From: Anolis carolinensis
Lineage: Eukaryota
DNA: 64,000 bases
Reading direction: 5' to 3'
Assembly: GCF_035594765.1 (NCBI RefSeq)
Contig: NC_085846.1
Coordinates: forward strand, 13,565,190-13,629,189
A model generated the notes under the pieces. That model searched no databases, had not been told where the DNA came from, and saw only the letters and a list, made by a program, of their open reading frames with translations. A program made the translations under genes and the position numbers. This document shows, piece after piece, positions 1 through 13,397 of this stretch; position 1 is the stretch's first letter, and the number at the start of each line of letters is the position of its first letter.

Positions 1-2078
1 TGTTGCTGGTGTGGGTGAGCAGAACAGAAGGCTGGCCGCCATCTGCACGCCGGGCTGCCAAACTTTGCCTTATTGACCTAGCTGGCTCAGAGGACAACCG
101 TCGGACTGGTAACAAAGGCCTGCGTCTGAAGGAGAGTGGTGCCATCAACACCTCACTTTTTGTCCTCAGCAAGGTGGTTGATGCCCTCAACCAGGGCCTA
201 CCTCGAATACCCTACAGAGACAGCAAACTTACCCGTCTTCTCCAGGTAGTTGGGAGATTATTTGGCTTCTCCATAGGGTTATGGGTTTGGGGATAACTGG
301 GGTTAAAGGATGTTTTCTTCCCCCTGAGTATCTTTCATCTTCCATCCAGGATTCTCTAGGTGGTAGCGCTCACAGCGTGATCATTGCAAACATTGCACCC
401 GAGAAGAAGTATTATTTTGACACACTGACAAGCCTCAATTTTGCTGCCAAATCCAAGCAGGTCATGAACAAACCTTTCACACAAGAAACACTGCCTGAGA
501 TTGGTAAGGGAAATGCTGGACTGGAGTTTGCTTGCACTGATGCAATTTGTGAATTTGTATGAAACCTGGATATGACAAGTTGTGGAAAACAAGGGGTAGG
601 GAGGAAAGGATACTTTGGCCCCCCAGGAAAGGAGGTAGATTAAAAAATACACCTGAACATCTTTTGATCTGCCTATTTCCCATGGACTAATATATACTCT
701 GTCATCTGCAGCTTTCAAAGGGTGAATGTTTTTAAGGAGTAGTTATAAATCTCATTCTGGGAGAAGGGCTGGATATAAATTCAATATATAAAATTATGTC
801 ATCTCTTATCCCCACTATATATAAAATTACCTTTATTGAATATATCAACTTGAAATGACCTTGATGTGAAGTGGCATTGTGATTTTTTATCGCCCATACT
901 TTCATGGTGCAAATTCTTTCCTTGGTTGGTTTACAAAATTATTCAAACAGTTTAATAAAATCACAGTTTAACAATATCAAAACACTACAAGCCACTGGAA
1001 CAGTCAGTGTTGGAAGGCTGGGAAAGGGAAGCCAAACTGGAGAAGGTCTTATGTCAAGGCAGAAACTAGGTTGATGTGGCCACCATGAGTAGTTTATTCA
1101 AGTAACAGATATGGTGATTTTAGATCTCATCTGTGTATTAAGGAAGTTGAAATGTGTCTAATAAATTGAAATGTTCTCTATCTCAGAAGCTTCCAAGAGA
1201 CCTTATGAAGGTAGCAGCAATGCTGGTCCTGAGGCAAAGAGACTTCGCATAGAGGAGGAACAACCAAAAGTGGTTGTGGAGAAGCCACTCAGGTGAAGCT
1301 TTTAAGGAGTTTACTGATTTTGATGTAAGGTCTGGCAGGGTTAAAAACAGCAAGTCTACTTTTTAGCTTTGGAACCTGGCAATATGCTCTGCTTTCTCTT
1401 CTCACTAGTTCTGTGCTGCCTCTAAAGGACCTGGACCCATCTGTGGTTGAACGGCTGCTACGAATAGAGGCATTGGAAAAAGAGACCACTGGAGCTGGAA
1501 GTCGTGGGGCGCTCCTCGTCAACACACCGCGCAAGGAGCGCATTGCTATTTTGAAACAGTTGGATGAGACTATGCGTGAGCTGAAGGTGACAGGCTTTGT
1601 GCTCCCATTTTCTTCTTTCTGCAGAAGTTAATAACTTCTGGTCTTCTAGATGGTTTTGGGTGACAGTTCCTATTCTTACCTAGCACAGAGGATGGCAGAA
1701 CATGATGGAAATCGCTTGTAGTCTCACATCTGAAAGCCAGTGGCCTAGTTCTTCATTAGTGGAGCCCAGGTCATTTTATCATTTCTAATTAAACAGCTTG
1801 CAAAATTTCCAAAGCTAATTGTTTTTGCCTGTCCCTTAACCTGTGAAATGGAATAATAAACAGCTATGATTTTAGCAAAGGGCGCTACTTCCCTTGTCAA
1901 CATGAATATGCTATAATGGAGCCAGGTATTGTGCAGATTCGGGTAGGAAGCCAGTGTTTGATTTCTGTGTTGTTTTCTTAAATTTTCAAGTTGCAACAAT
2001 AGGAAATTAGGAACTAGAGTCCAGTCTTGCTGGCTTTAAATAAACTTTCCTTGTGCAGTGAATAAATCCACTCAAAAC

Positions 2079-2111
<33 letters not shown>

Positions 2112-5100
2112 CCCCCCCCCCCCCCCCCCCCCGCGCTAGTGCCCTGGAACCCTATGCTACTTCCAAATGCCTTGGTTTCCCCCTGCAGTCTTTCTGATGA
2201 TGATGCAAGGAAAAGAGATGTATTTGGGGTTGCTTGTTTGGGGGGTGGTCCACAGAGTATATAGGGTGCTAAGCATTGGCCCATGCCCCCCTCCCCCCCA
2301 CCACAGTTGCCCATCCCTAGTTTATATACTTTGTACCTCCATACTATGGTTTCATGAGAGGTTCTTCTCTCATGAGAGATTTTTTTTTGGGGGGGGGGGG
2401 GGTTGAATTCTAGATACTATTTTGATGCAGGCATTCCCAAAAGCATGAATATTATATCAAGGGTTCCTCCAGGATGGAATAAAAGGGTGAGAGATGCTGT
2501 TCGTAATATACTTGTTGGACTTACAGCCCAGTTGTTGCATTTCATGGTGATAAGCAATTGGAACTTCCACCCCATAATTATTGAAAATGTCCTGCAGTTT
2601 TCTGATGGCCTCCCTTTTCTGCAGAGTTTGAAAGAAAAACATCAGGAGCTGCAAGCCATGACCCAGCAGAAAAAAGCACTTGCCCCCCGACTGCCTGCCA
2701 GGCCCAGGAAACAGGCAACTGTGTTGCCTCTCCAGAAAGGTGAGCAGACACGGGGGGGGGGGGGGGGTGTTAGGGGTGGGAGGAGTGATCTGGAAGCGAG
2801 GACTCTGTTTTTCGTCCTCTCTTTGTAAATTGCGAAGTCCTCACTCCCTTTCTTTCTTCTCCAGTGGAGGAAGCTGACAAATCTCAAAAGGCAGAGGCAG
2901 AAGAAGAGGAAAGCATTGCCCTCATAACGCAGAAGAACAATCGAAAGAGGAAGGTATGGGAGGGGGTTTGGGGTCTGTCTTTGAGAAGAAGTTCAGTAGA
3001 TGATAGCAGCAACTGAAGTTGTTGAACACAGTTTTTGTCACACTTTTTTTTCACTAAGGGTGACCTTTGGAGTTGTTTTACAACCACTTTCCAATACTGT
3101 TTGAACGTCCCAAGTGTTCTTGGACTCCAGTTCTCAATGTTCTTGACCATTGGCCATGCTATCTGGGGCTGATTTGAGAAGAACTCTTAACAACATGTGC
3201 AAAGCTTCAGGCTTTTACATTTAATTATATTCTGCATACCTTCCAATACAGTACCAAAGGTAGCTCACAATATAAATTAGATGGTGCAAAAGTTTTTTAA
3301 AAACACCCAAACCACTTGAACGGGGAATCGTGTTAAAATGGTGATTTCCAAAGTGGGCGCTACCGCCCCCTGGTGGGCGCTGCAGCGATCCAGGGGGGCA
3401 GTGATGACACCTATTAGGACACGGGGGCGAAGCTAGAGTGGGCGTGGCTTCTTCCCAAGAGTCGGAGACAGGGCTGAGAATCTACACCTCTCCTGAGGCG
3501 CCTGTTGGGACACAGAGGGCGGAGCTAAGGAAGGGGGCGAGGCCTCCTTCCAAGAGCCCGAGACAGGGCTGAGCCTCTGTATACCTCCCCTAAGGCACTT
3601 GTTAGAACACGGGGGTGGGGTATAGAGATTCAGCCCCCATCAGGCACTTGGGAAGAGGCCCCGCCCCCTCCTCTAGCTCTGCCCCTCCTCTAGCTTCACC
3701 CCCTGTGTCTTGGCAGGCAGCGCAGGATAGGGATAGAAGCTCAGCCCTGCCTCAGAGCTCGTAACTCTGCCCATCCCAGTCCTGGCTGCCCATTTGTGGC
3801 CCCGCCCACCTCCCCCTCCCAGCCCTGCATCTTGGACTAGGGGAGAGGCTCAGCCCCGTCCTCTTGAGCAGGAGCCACGCCCACCCCTCTAAGCCACACA
3901 CCCCTTTCCAGGGGGCGATAAGTAATATTTTTTCTGGAAAGGGCGGCAGGCCAAATAAGTTTGGGAACCACTGATTTAGAAGTTTGAAAAGGCCATTAAA
4001 ACAGCATGATAAAATACAATGTAAGTAACCCAAAATAAAATATCATCTGAAGCAGGTCATTGCAAGTCACTGGAGATCTTCCCCCCTAAAACTCCTTCAC
4101 CTGTGTATGTTTCTTCATGTGGAATTATGCACATAATTCATGAGCATGACTGGTGGTACTCAATTGCTTACTTCAGCTTAACACATTGAATCTATGATTG
4201 TTAAGAGGTGTTTTCAATAAAAGGATATAATAATAATAATAAATTTATTCTTATATCCCGCCCCATCTCCCCGAGGGGACTCGGGGCGGCTCACAACAAT
4301 AATAAAAACAGTGACAAATTACACATTGTAAAATCAAACATGAAAAGCTTGAAAGGATATGTGTGAAAGGGGAGAGGAATTAATCATAAAATAGCCTGAA
4401 GATGCCAGCTTAATTGTTTTATTTTCCTTTTGATGTCTGTCCTTCAGGCTTTGGGTTTTGACTCTGAAAATGAGGCTCCCCCTGAGTGGGAGATGAAGGT
4501 ACGCCCTGATCTTCTGGCTTGCGGCAAAAAAAACATATTGGACCTTCTGAACAAAGGCTCTGAAAAGGATCTCATGAGCCTACATTACATCGGCAAGAAG
4601 AAAGCTCAGCTCATTGTAGGCTGGAGAGAAATCTATGGATCGTTTGAGAAGGTCAGTGAATTCTGAGGACACTGTTGCTCAAAGAGAGAATAATCTGAAG
4701 ACCGATATCCCTGAGCCTATTGTACATTGTCAGTTCAGGGCAAATTCATTTCATCAAGGTCTGGTAGGTGGAGGACTGGTCTCAAATTAATCTCTCTTCA
4801 GCTTGTAAACTCAGTAGACTCACACCTGATACTAGCTGATTATTGGGGCAGTGACGAAAAAGGAAAAGCCAATCATTATTTTAAAAACATAAAGAGCTAA
4901 ATCTGAAAAAAGTTACTGTGTATGACTCCCAGAATTTCTCAGCCAGCATGGACACTAGTGGATTTCGGAAATTAGAGTACAAAATGATATCTGTTTTAAA
5001 ACTGGATCAAAGCAAAGGCCCACTTGATCCATCATCCTATGCTGTGTGCCAAGTCAGATGCTTCTTGGAAACTGTCAGGAGTGTCATGAAAGCAGAAAGC

Positions 5101-8100
5101 CTCTATTACTGCCTTCCAGTGACTAAGGGCCTTTTCAAACATTCCTATATCCCAGAATATCAAAGCAGAAAATCCCACAATATCTGCTTTGAACTGGGTT
5201 ATCTGAGTCCACACTCATATATTCCAGTTCAAAGCAAATAATGTGGGATTTTATTCAGCTCTGGAAGGGGCCTGAGTTTTCAAACTGGAATTTCCTTCCA
5301 CAAATGTAGCAGTGTTTAGAAACTTGGCTATGATATCTATCTACATAGTTTGTCAACTATCAAAGATAGCACGTGCCTGAATAATGATCCCTAAAATTAC
5401 AAGCAAGAGAGGTTGGCTATTGTGGGAACAGAATGCTGGACCATAGAGACCTATGTTTTGAGCCAGCACAACTTCTGTAGGTGTAAACAGCCTTTGAATA
5501 TGAAGGTATCAGTGTGCAATTGGCCTTTCAGATGTTAAGAGTGCAGCTTTTGTTGATAAATTTAGATAATGATAAAGAATGCTGAGAGTAACAGCCTGGT
5601 GTTTGGAGGGTGAAATTTGTCCACCTTAGCATGGAACCAGTTGTTGTGACTAATAATGGTAGATCAACTTATATTTCTCACTCAAAGATAGTGGCCATTG
5701 TCACATCTTGTAGTGTTAAGTTAGTTGTGCTTTATATAATGTACCATTATTTCACTGCATAATAGTCGCACGTGTGTCTTTTTAAATCAAAAGGGGGTGA
5801 CACTATTACGAGATGAAAAAATCTGCCTTTGACTTTTCTGGTTTCTGGGTTTTTTTAAAAAAACAACAACTAAAAACCCGCCTTATCTCCAAGGGACAGG
5901 GATGATCCAGCCTCAAACAAACAGCTCCGTTTCTGCTCGTTGGTTTGCTTTTTTAAAACTGCCTTGATTCAGAGAAAGGAGGAGGGAAGATTCCCCCTCC
6001 CTTCTTTGTCCAAAAGCAATGCAGTTTGCAAAATCTGAAATTGAACTCTTTGGGGGAAGGAGAGAAGATCAAAGTTCCAGAAACCTCTATTTCAGGTTTT
6101 TTAAACTGCCTTGATTAGAAGGAGGAGGAAAGAATAGAATTCCAGAGGACTCCCTTTCATAGTTTTTTAACCACTTTGCCTTCGGAGAAGGAAGGGGAGA
6201 CAACAGCAAACAGCTTTGCGACTATTATGCGATGAAATATTGGTAACTATGCTGGCTATCCTAAATCTTGTTGCCATGTGTCTTAAAGTCAATTCCAACT
6301 TGTTATGATCCACAGAAGAACCTATCACAAGGTTTTCGGGGCAAAATGTGTTCAGAGTGGGTTCAGAGTGGGTTTGCCTTCTTTCACTGGTTTTCACAGA
6401 GACAATGTACTATTGGAAACACTTCTTTTACATGGACACTGTACTCTGAACAAGATTTTAGATTTTACATGAGACCATACCTTCATGTAGGTCTGCATCA
6501 TTCTACAAGATTCTTGTCCTTTTACTGTTCTCTGGAATATGCCCAGCCCCATAATCATTAAACCAATGTGGTACCGTCACATCTTTTTCTCCCCCTTTCT
6601 CCAGGTAGAGGACCTTGGAAAGGTCTATGGCATCTCCCTTAAGCAAGTAGCATCCTTTGTGAAGGTATGTATTTAGTTCTATTTACAATAGAGCAGAAAT
6701 GAGCAACCTTCAGGCTTCCACACCTTTCGCAAGTATCGTTACTTATATCTGCCATGATGAGAATTATACAACACCTGAAAGCTTAACAAGTTCCTCATGT
6801 GTTCATTAAAGGGGATTTTAAAAAACAATTTAGTAGAGGTCTATTTTCCATTATACTTTCCACTTGAAGATCTGTCTTATAGTTATTGGAAGAATAGCTA
6901 CATTTCCCCAAAGCACAACCAAACTAAAAGCTTGGTTGTACCTTAAAAATTCACAACTTTATGGTGATACAAGCTTTCATAGAACACCAACTGCTTCATT
7001 AGAGTAATGAACTGTGGTGCTCACTAGGATTCAGGTTGGTCGGTTCCCTACAGCCTTTCCGGCTTGTTCGGATGGCCATAACAGCAAGTGCTCAGCCGCC
7101 ATGATTTTTTGCCCGAAACGGCCCATGTGGCTGCCGAGCACTGCTTCTTTCCTTCTGTTCGGAAGTATCCGGCGCATGCTTCCTTAACCCCATTGTTCAA
7201 ATCCACACTCCCTTGAAAGGAAGAAAGAAAAGGATCCCAGGAACGGGGGTGTGGGGGGGTGTCTTGTAAATTCCCTATTGCCACCAGTTGGACAGATCTT
7301 CCTGGACCTTTCTGTAGCCTAGCTGAAAACAAATATTTTCATTAACCAATTTTTGGGAGGCTCCTGAAAATGGATCTGGGTGCCCAACGAAATTCGGATA
7401 CCCAAAATGGATTGCCCTCTAGCCAAATTGCACGTGCCTAGTGCTCAATAGGTACAGAGAAAAAATAACCTTAAACATTGCAGCCAAATTGTCATGAAGC
7501 ATAAGCAGAATAAGAATTTTATAAACAAGTCCAGGAAATTTACTAATTTCATAAAAATTAAGTGTGCCTCTTCTGACATCCAGGCATGAGACTATGGCTA
7601 AATAAGGCCATGGATTTGAAATTGGTTTACAAACCTGACTTCTTTCAGATCAATTAATTAATCTTAGTTCTGGGCCGAGTGGGAATCCTTTGCTGGTTTT
7701 CTGCAAATCAGAAGACTAGTTATCTTATATACTCATGTCTAAGCCTAGAAATTTTAGTCAAAAACCAGGTTGATGTACTCGTGAATGACTCAGTGTAAGT
7801 ACTATATCCTAGTCTTATCAGAAAGTTTTGGAAAACCAGGAATCTCCATAGCCATTTGGAAGTGTGAACCTTTTTGGAGATCAGTTGACTTATACACTGT
7901 TTGGAATAATCACAACCTTTTGGAAAGGCATGACCTTGTTTGAGACCGTAACCTTTTGGAAAGTATGATCTTCCTGTGTTGAGTTAAAAACTCAATTTAG
8001 TCAATCTTCTCCTTAGTAATAAATATCCACTACTATTCAGATAAGGCAATTTATGTTTTTCAGCTGTTAGACTGATATCCCTGGTACTCTTTGAACTGTT

Positions 8101-9676
8101 AGGAACAAAGATATGTCAATGCATAAAATATATAGTAGATCTTCAGAAGTGTTATTTCAATTGTCCAAAAATAATCTATTCTCTCATAAAATATATTGCT
8201 TTTAAATTATGCTCTCAAGAGACCAAAAATAAGTAGAAGTTAGCATAGTTGATTTGCTTACAAACTTCATTTATTAGCATACAGGTACACTGATTATTGG
8301 TTTCATGTTAACTGACACTCTCTTAGACTTCTAATGAAGACTACTTATTTTTGGTCTCTTGAGAGCATAATTTAAAAGCAATATATTTTATGGGAGAGTA
8401 GATGTTTTATATTACTGAACATTAATTACTGAACATTGACAAATATAAACTGACTACTCACTACAGCATACTGTACTATACACAACTATATTCAACTGAC
8501 TTCATACATCAACTGATGCAATCAAACTATACTCGTAACTGTGTTGTTGAAGGCTTTCACGGCCGGGATCACAGGGTTGTTTTATGTTTTCTGGGCTGTA
8601 TAGCCATGTTCCAGAAGTATTCTCTCCTGACGTTTCACCAACATCTATGGCAGGCATCCTCAGAGGTTGTGAGGTAAATCACAACCTCTGAGGATGCCTG
8701 CCATAGATGTGGGTGAAACGTCAGGAGAGAATATTTCTGGAACATGGCCATACAGCCCGGAAAACATAAAACAACCCTATACTCTAACTGACATCAACTG
8801 ACTTCCAACTGACTTCTGATTCAAATGGATTCTTAAATGGGAGTCTCCCTCTGAACATTCTCAGATCTGGGTCACATGGTCTGTCGTTCCTCCCACAACA
8901 TCAAACAACATAGTTAAGGGAAAACTGCATACCAATATATACATACACTATAATAAGCAATTTCAATTACATAACAAATAATTAGTATAGGAGGCTTGTA
9001 GAAGGTTGCTATTTCCAACAGAAGGGTATCCACTCCTTCCCTGAGTGATGATGTCCTGGGAGAACATGAAAGCTACTGACCTCTCCCTCCATCATGGTAT
9101 CACTTCTGGCCTTTTGGAATGCCAGTGGTAGCCAAGGGCAACTGGCTCCCTGAGGTGATGCTGGCACTTTCCTCTCTTCATGGAATGACTCTTGGCTTAT
9201 CTACAACATATAAAACTCCTTCATTTTGGCCCCAGAACCTGTCCTTGACTTATATGAGTATGTGCAGTAAGTTCAAAGCCTATTAAATGAGCCTTACAAA
9301 ACAGATCATCTGCATTATTAGCTTGTTCCCACATATTTACATCAGTGGTGCTCAGCTACTGCTTAGGGGAAATAGCTCTTCCAATTTATTGAAGATCAGG
9401 TGCAAATTCATTTTCTGCCGAACCATAGTAGCTTAGATTTTTGATATGGTTTGTAATACAGGATGTGAGGAAAGGCAAAGAACTAAAATGCTGATTTTTT
9501 TGTGGTGGGTGCACATTACTGTAGGTAAGAATCACATAACAGTTGCATAGATGTGTTTATACAACCTTGTGTGTGTTGTCTCGTATAGTTATAGGATTTA
9601 ACATTCCGTGTCTTTTCTGTATTTCCTGCAGGCAAATATTTTGGAACATTGTGGAAAAATTAGTAACCAGATCTGA
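1..9676 (+). CDS. KIF22: Kinesin-like protein KIF22 (Kid), 3' portion; 5' end lies outside the window
   Basis: Motor motifs [27 protein letters not shown] and TSLNFA, plus a C-terminal helix-hairpin-helix region ([31 protein letters not shown]). Phase-compatible GT-AG exons: <1-245, 350-503, 1187-1292, 1409-1586, 2625-2739, 2865-2953, 4448-4651, 6605-6664, 9632-9676 (TGA). Confidence 0.95.
2080..2132. repeat. (CT)n microsatellite plus poly-C
   Basis: Directly visible. Confidence 0.95.
3340..3973. mobile_element. hAT-type non-autonomous element with GC-rich internal repeats
   Basis: Right TIR TTTGGGAACCACTG, degenerate left TIR GTGATTTCCAAAG; internal direct and inverted repeats of GACAGGGCTGAG. 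Confidence 0.6.
5127..5272. mobile_element. Harbinger-type MITE
   Basis: Termini GGGCCTTTTC...GGAAGGGGCC flanked by TAA/TGA (imperfect 3-bp TWA-type TSD). Related copies at ~10763-10886, ~14400-14625 and ~52772-52918. Confidence 0.6.
7025..7440. mobile_element. hAT-type non-autonomous element
   Basis: TAGG...CCTA ends; 8-bp TSD GTGCTCAC/GTGCTCAA. Confidence 0.6.
8539..8777. mobile_element. Penelope-like element terminus (inverted pLTR) with hammerhead motifs
   Basis: ~110-bp inverted arms containing CTGAGGA...GAAACGTC; imperfect flanking duplication TATACTC(G)TAACT. Confidence 0.8.
8685..8725 (+). ncRNA. Minimal hammerhead ribozyme motif in the KIF22 last intron (mirror copy on - strand at 8626-8666)
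   Basis: CCT-CTGAGGA-TGCCTGCCATAGATGTGGGT-GAAACGTC-AGG. Confidence 0.65.
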
Positions 9677-11611
9677 TCTACAGAACTCCTGCCCTATATC
9701 CTTGTTGTGACTGGTTTTCCATTTTGTTTAGCTTCAGTTTAATATACTGATATATGTGTGTGTGTGAAAGAGAGAGACATCTCAAATTGTTCTGCTACTT
9801 TGCTGGCAATTTATTTTGTAAATAAGACAAGGTCCATAATGCAACGAAGAGAAGAATAGTTTTTATACAGGAAAGTGAGGCAAAAAGATGCATCTGTAGC
9901 AAGGCTACTAAATAGTACCCCTCCAGATTTTTATTAGATTAAAATTGCTGATGTCAGCAGAGATTGATATGGGGGAGAGGTCCAAGAAGAACCACAGGAA
10001 AATTGTTTCTACAGAAAGCAAGGGTAAAAGAAATGCATCCAGAGTTTTAAAAAGTTACATTTTTGGATTATAATGCCTTGAATCCCCGAGGCTCTGTGGA
10101 ACATATGTGACAGAAGATTCTGGGAGTTCTCAATACCCAATGCAGCTTTTCTAAGGTTTGGGTGATGTATGCAACCAGCATCCAGAGGCAAAAAGGCAAT
10201 GTGGCTATTTCTCTGCATGACGAAAGACTGAGACATTCAAATTAGTGCTGGTTTAACAAATCAGAATGGCACATATTGAGATGGATGTGAGGCTTTAATT
10301 TTTTTATTTATTTAAAAATAAAATAGATTTAAAAAATAAAATAAAATACACAGAACTAAGATTAAAATACAGTAAACATGAGGCATGAGTTTAAAATGCA
10401 TGTTAAAAATTGAATAAACAGGCATGCCGGAAGAGATAAATCTGCTGGAAAATATTTTGTAATCCTATTTGTAAAGAATGTTTCTATTTCTGGTTTGTGA
10501 TTTTATTATACTTTTTAATTTTAATAAAATATATACAATACATGTGAATGTTCCGACGACAACAAAAAAGAAAAAGTCCTAATTAGAGGGAGAGGAATAA
10601 CTGTTTTTATCCAATTGCTGCCAGTTATAAGGCTAAGCTCCGCCCACTTGGTCTCCTAGCAACCCACTCAGCTCAGGACCTCTTCAACCAGACTTCTTCC
10701 CCACTGCCTATAAAATACAGATTATTTGATTTGAACTAGATTATATGGCAGTGTAGACTCAAGGCCCTTCCACACAGCTATATAACCCATTTATAATCTT
10801 ATATTATCTGCTTTGAACTGGATTATCTTGAGTCCACACTGCCATATAATCCACTTCAGTATGCATTTTATACATAGAAGGGGTCTCATATAATCCAGTT
10901 CTAAGCAGATAATATAAGATTATAAATATACAGTAGTCTCTCACTTACCCAAAATAAACACCCCGGCAGAACGCTGGATAAGCGAATATGTTGGATAATA
11001 AGGGATTCAGAAAAAGCCTATTAAACATCAAATTAGGTAATGATTTTACAAATTAAGCACCAAAACATGTTATACAACAAATTTGACAGTAAAAGTAGTG
11101 CAATGCGCAGTAATGCTATGTACTAATTACTGTATTTACAAATTTAGCACCAAAATATCACAATGAATTTAAAACATTGACTACTAAAAGGAAGACTGCA
11201 TTGGATAATCCAGAACATTGGATAAGCGAATGTTGGATAAGTGATATTCTATTGTAATATAAAATAATTACTGTGGTAGAATAATACAGAACAATATAAT
11301 CTCTAAAACCAGGACAGTAAATAAAGAGGAACACACTCAAAGCAGGTAAATTGGGAATTCCAGAAAGGAAACAATCAGGGCCAGCTAACACCTCCCAACC
11401 AAAGTCATTATTATTACTATAATTATTATTGTTGTTGTTGTTGTGTTGCTGTGAACTGTGAAAATGAACACAATCTGGCTCCAAGTATTCAAAAACACTA
11501 AAATCAGAACACTAAATAAAGAAGAACACTGAAAACGGGAATTCCAGACAGGAAACAGTCAGAGCCAGGTAACATCTCCCAACAAAGTATTCCCATCACC
11601 AAAGTCTGGCG

Positions 11612-11885
11612 AGCCCCCAGATGGCGTAGTGGACTAAGTGACTTGAAGGTTGGTTGCTGACCTGAAGGCTGCCAGGTTCGAATCCCACCTGGGGAGAGTG
11701 TGGATGAGCTCCCTCTATCAGCTCCAGCTCCATGCGGGGCCATGAGAGAAGCCTCCCACAAGGATGGTAAAAACATCAAAACATCCGGGCGTCCCCTGGG
11801 CAACGTCCTTGCAGACGGCTAATTCTCTCACTCCAGAAGCAACTCCGGTTGCTCCTGACACAAAAAAAAGAAAAAGAAAAAAAAA
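11612..11885 (+). mobile_element. tRNA-derived SINE (Anolis SINE2-like)
   Basis: A box TGGCGTAGTGG, B box GGTTCGAATCC, A-rich tail. A second copy is on the minus strand at 62385-62646. Confidence 0.8.
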
Positions 11886-12240
11886 CCCAAAGTCTGGCAA
11901 ATCCCGTTTTCTGAGGGCCAGAGCCTTTTTTTTTTTTTTTTGGAAATGTGTGCACTCAAGCACTGCATATGGGTACTTCTTCATCTACACAGACAGCACA
12001 AGCACATAAAATATCGCAAAGAACAACACTCTGAAAACAAGGGAATTCCAGATAGGAAACAATCAGGGCCAGCTAACACCTCCCAACAAAAAATTCCCTT
12101 AGGAAGCAGCCAGGCTTTAAAGCTGCAAGGCCATTACATGCTAATCATTTTGGCCAATTGCAGCATTCATACTAGCCTCCAACAGACAAAAAAACAACTA
12201 TCAGAAATACTGTATATCCACAAGCTTTAGGAAATAATAT

Positions 12241-12975
12241 CCCCTGATGGCGCAGCGTGTTAAAGTGCTGAGCTACTGAACTTGTGGACCGAAAGGTCAC
12301 AGGTTCAAATTGGAGGAGCGGAGTGAGCCCCTACTGTTACCCCAGCTTCTGCCAACCCAGAAGTTCGAAAACATGCAAATGTGAGTAGATGAATAGGTAC
12401 TGCTCCGGCGAGAAGGTAACGGTGCTCCATGCAGTCATGCCACATGACCTTGAAGGAATCTACGGACAACTTTACTTACTTAGGCGATCCCTCGTAGTTC
12501 GAGGACAATTGTCTTCCATATTTCTTGGAAGACGCCTGTGCATGATTTTTTTTAATGTGTGGAGGTCGGTGCACGGCCGGTTAACACAGTTTTCACAGAG
12601 TGTGGTCCCTGCAGTGGTGTGATTAACACAACGAGAGTGGCTTCTCAGTCTGCTGCAGCCTTCTTCCGCCTTCACAGCCATTGTAACATGCACCATGTTA
12701 TCCTCCGCCTGCTCCGCCGTTGATGTCTTAGGGTCTTCGGATTGTTCTTGGTCTGGATCCTCCCCTGTGACCACTCCTGGGAGTGCATGACTCCAGTGGT
12801 TGTGCCCGCAGGTTCACTGGAACATGCAAGCCCCCTCACCACGTCAAGGTGACAATCCATCGAGGGGGATGGACACCACCACCACTTCGGCTTAGAAATG
12901 TAGATAAGCACCAACCCCCACAATCAGACACGACTGGACTTAATGTCAGAGGAAAACCTTTACCCTTTACTTTAA
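12241..12975 (+). mobile_element. Sauria SINE interrupted by an RTE-derived insertion
   Basis: Sauria SINE head (TGGCGCAGCGTGTTAAAG), body and ACCTTT tail; split after GGACAAC at 12470. Confidence 0.8.
12471..12885 (-). mobile_element. Internally deleted RTE-clade LINE derivative (5' UTR joined to 3' end)
   Basis: On the minus strand it begins with an Expander/RTE-like 5' UTR (GATGGATTGTCACCTTGACGTGGTGAGGGGGCTTGC) and ends GATCGCC(TAAG)n. Confidence 0.6.
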
Positions 12976-13397
12976 CTACCACCAATTCCTCAATACTTTA
13001 TTTCCCATACCACCATATTTCGCCACAGCAACATGTGGCCGGACACAGCTAGTGTGATATAAAACAAAACCAATATGATAGTGTTGCTCTACTGGTGTTT
13101 CATATTCTATTGCATGACTTTCTGCACTGCAATGTGCATGTTCCTTTTCCCTCACCAATGCCAGTGATGAAAAACATATTTTCTGTTCAAGTTTGTTATT
13201 TCACAGGTTGCTGCTTTTTGATATTTACTAGTCCTTAGTTCCCATAATCTCTCCCTACTGGCCATGCTAACTAATGCTTAGAGGTGCAGGCTTGCCCATT
13301 CCACCATATTGTTTCAAGGCAATTTCTTGAGGAATCTATTCATATACTGATGGGGAAAAAAGAGGGACCTTTTTTCTTTCACAACTGACACACCTCT

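Larger units (their letters stand above)
7826..9020. mobile_element. Probable solo LTR nested in a mariner-like MITE (~7728-9270) and itself carrying a Penelope insertion
   Basis: Inverted ends TTTTGGAAA...TTTCCAACA with GAAAG/GAAGG flanks. Confidence 0.4.
10530..13052 (+). mobile_element. Composite non-autonomous Helitron (5' end approximate)
   Basis: 3' terminus: hairpin GCCACA-GCAACA-TGTGGC (13022-13039), then CTAG (13049-13052) followed by T. The interior is a mosaic of other TE pieces. Confidence 0.6.
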
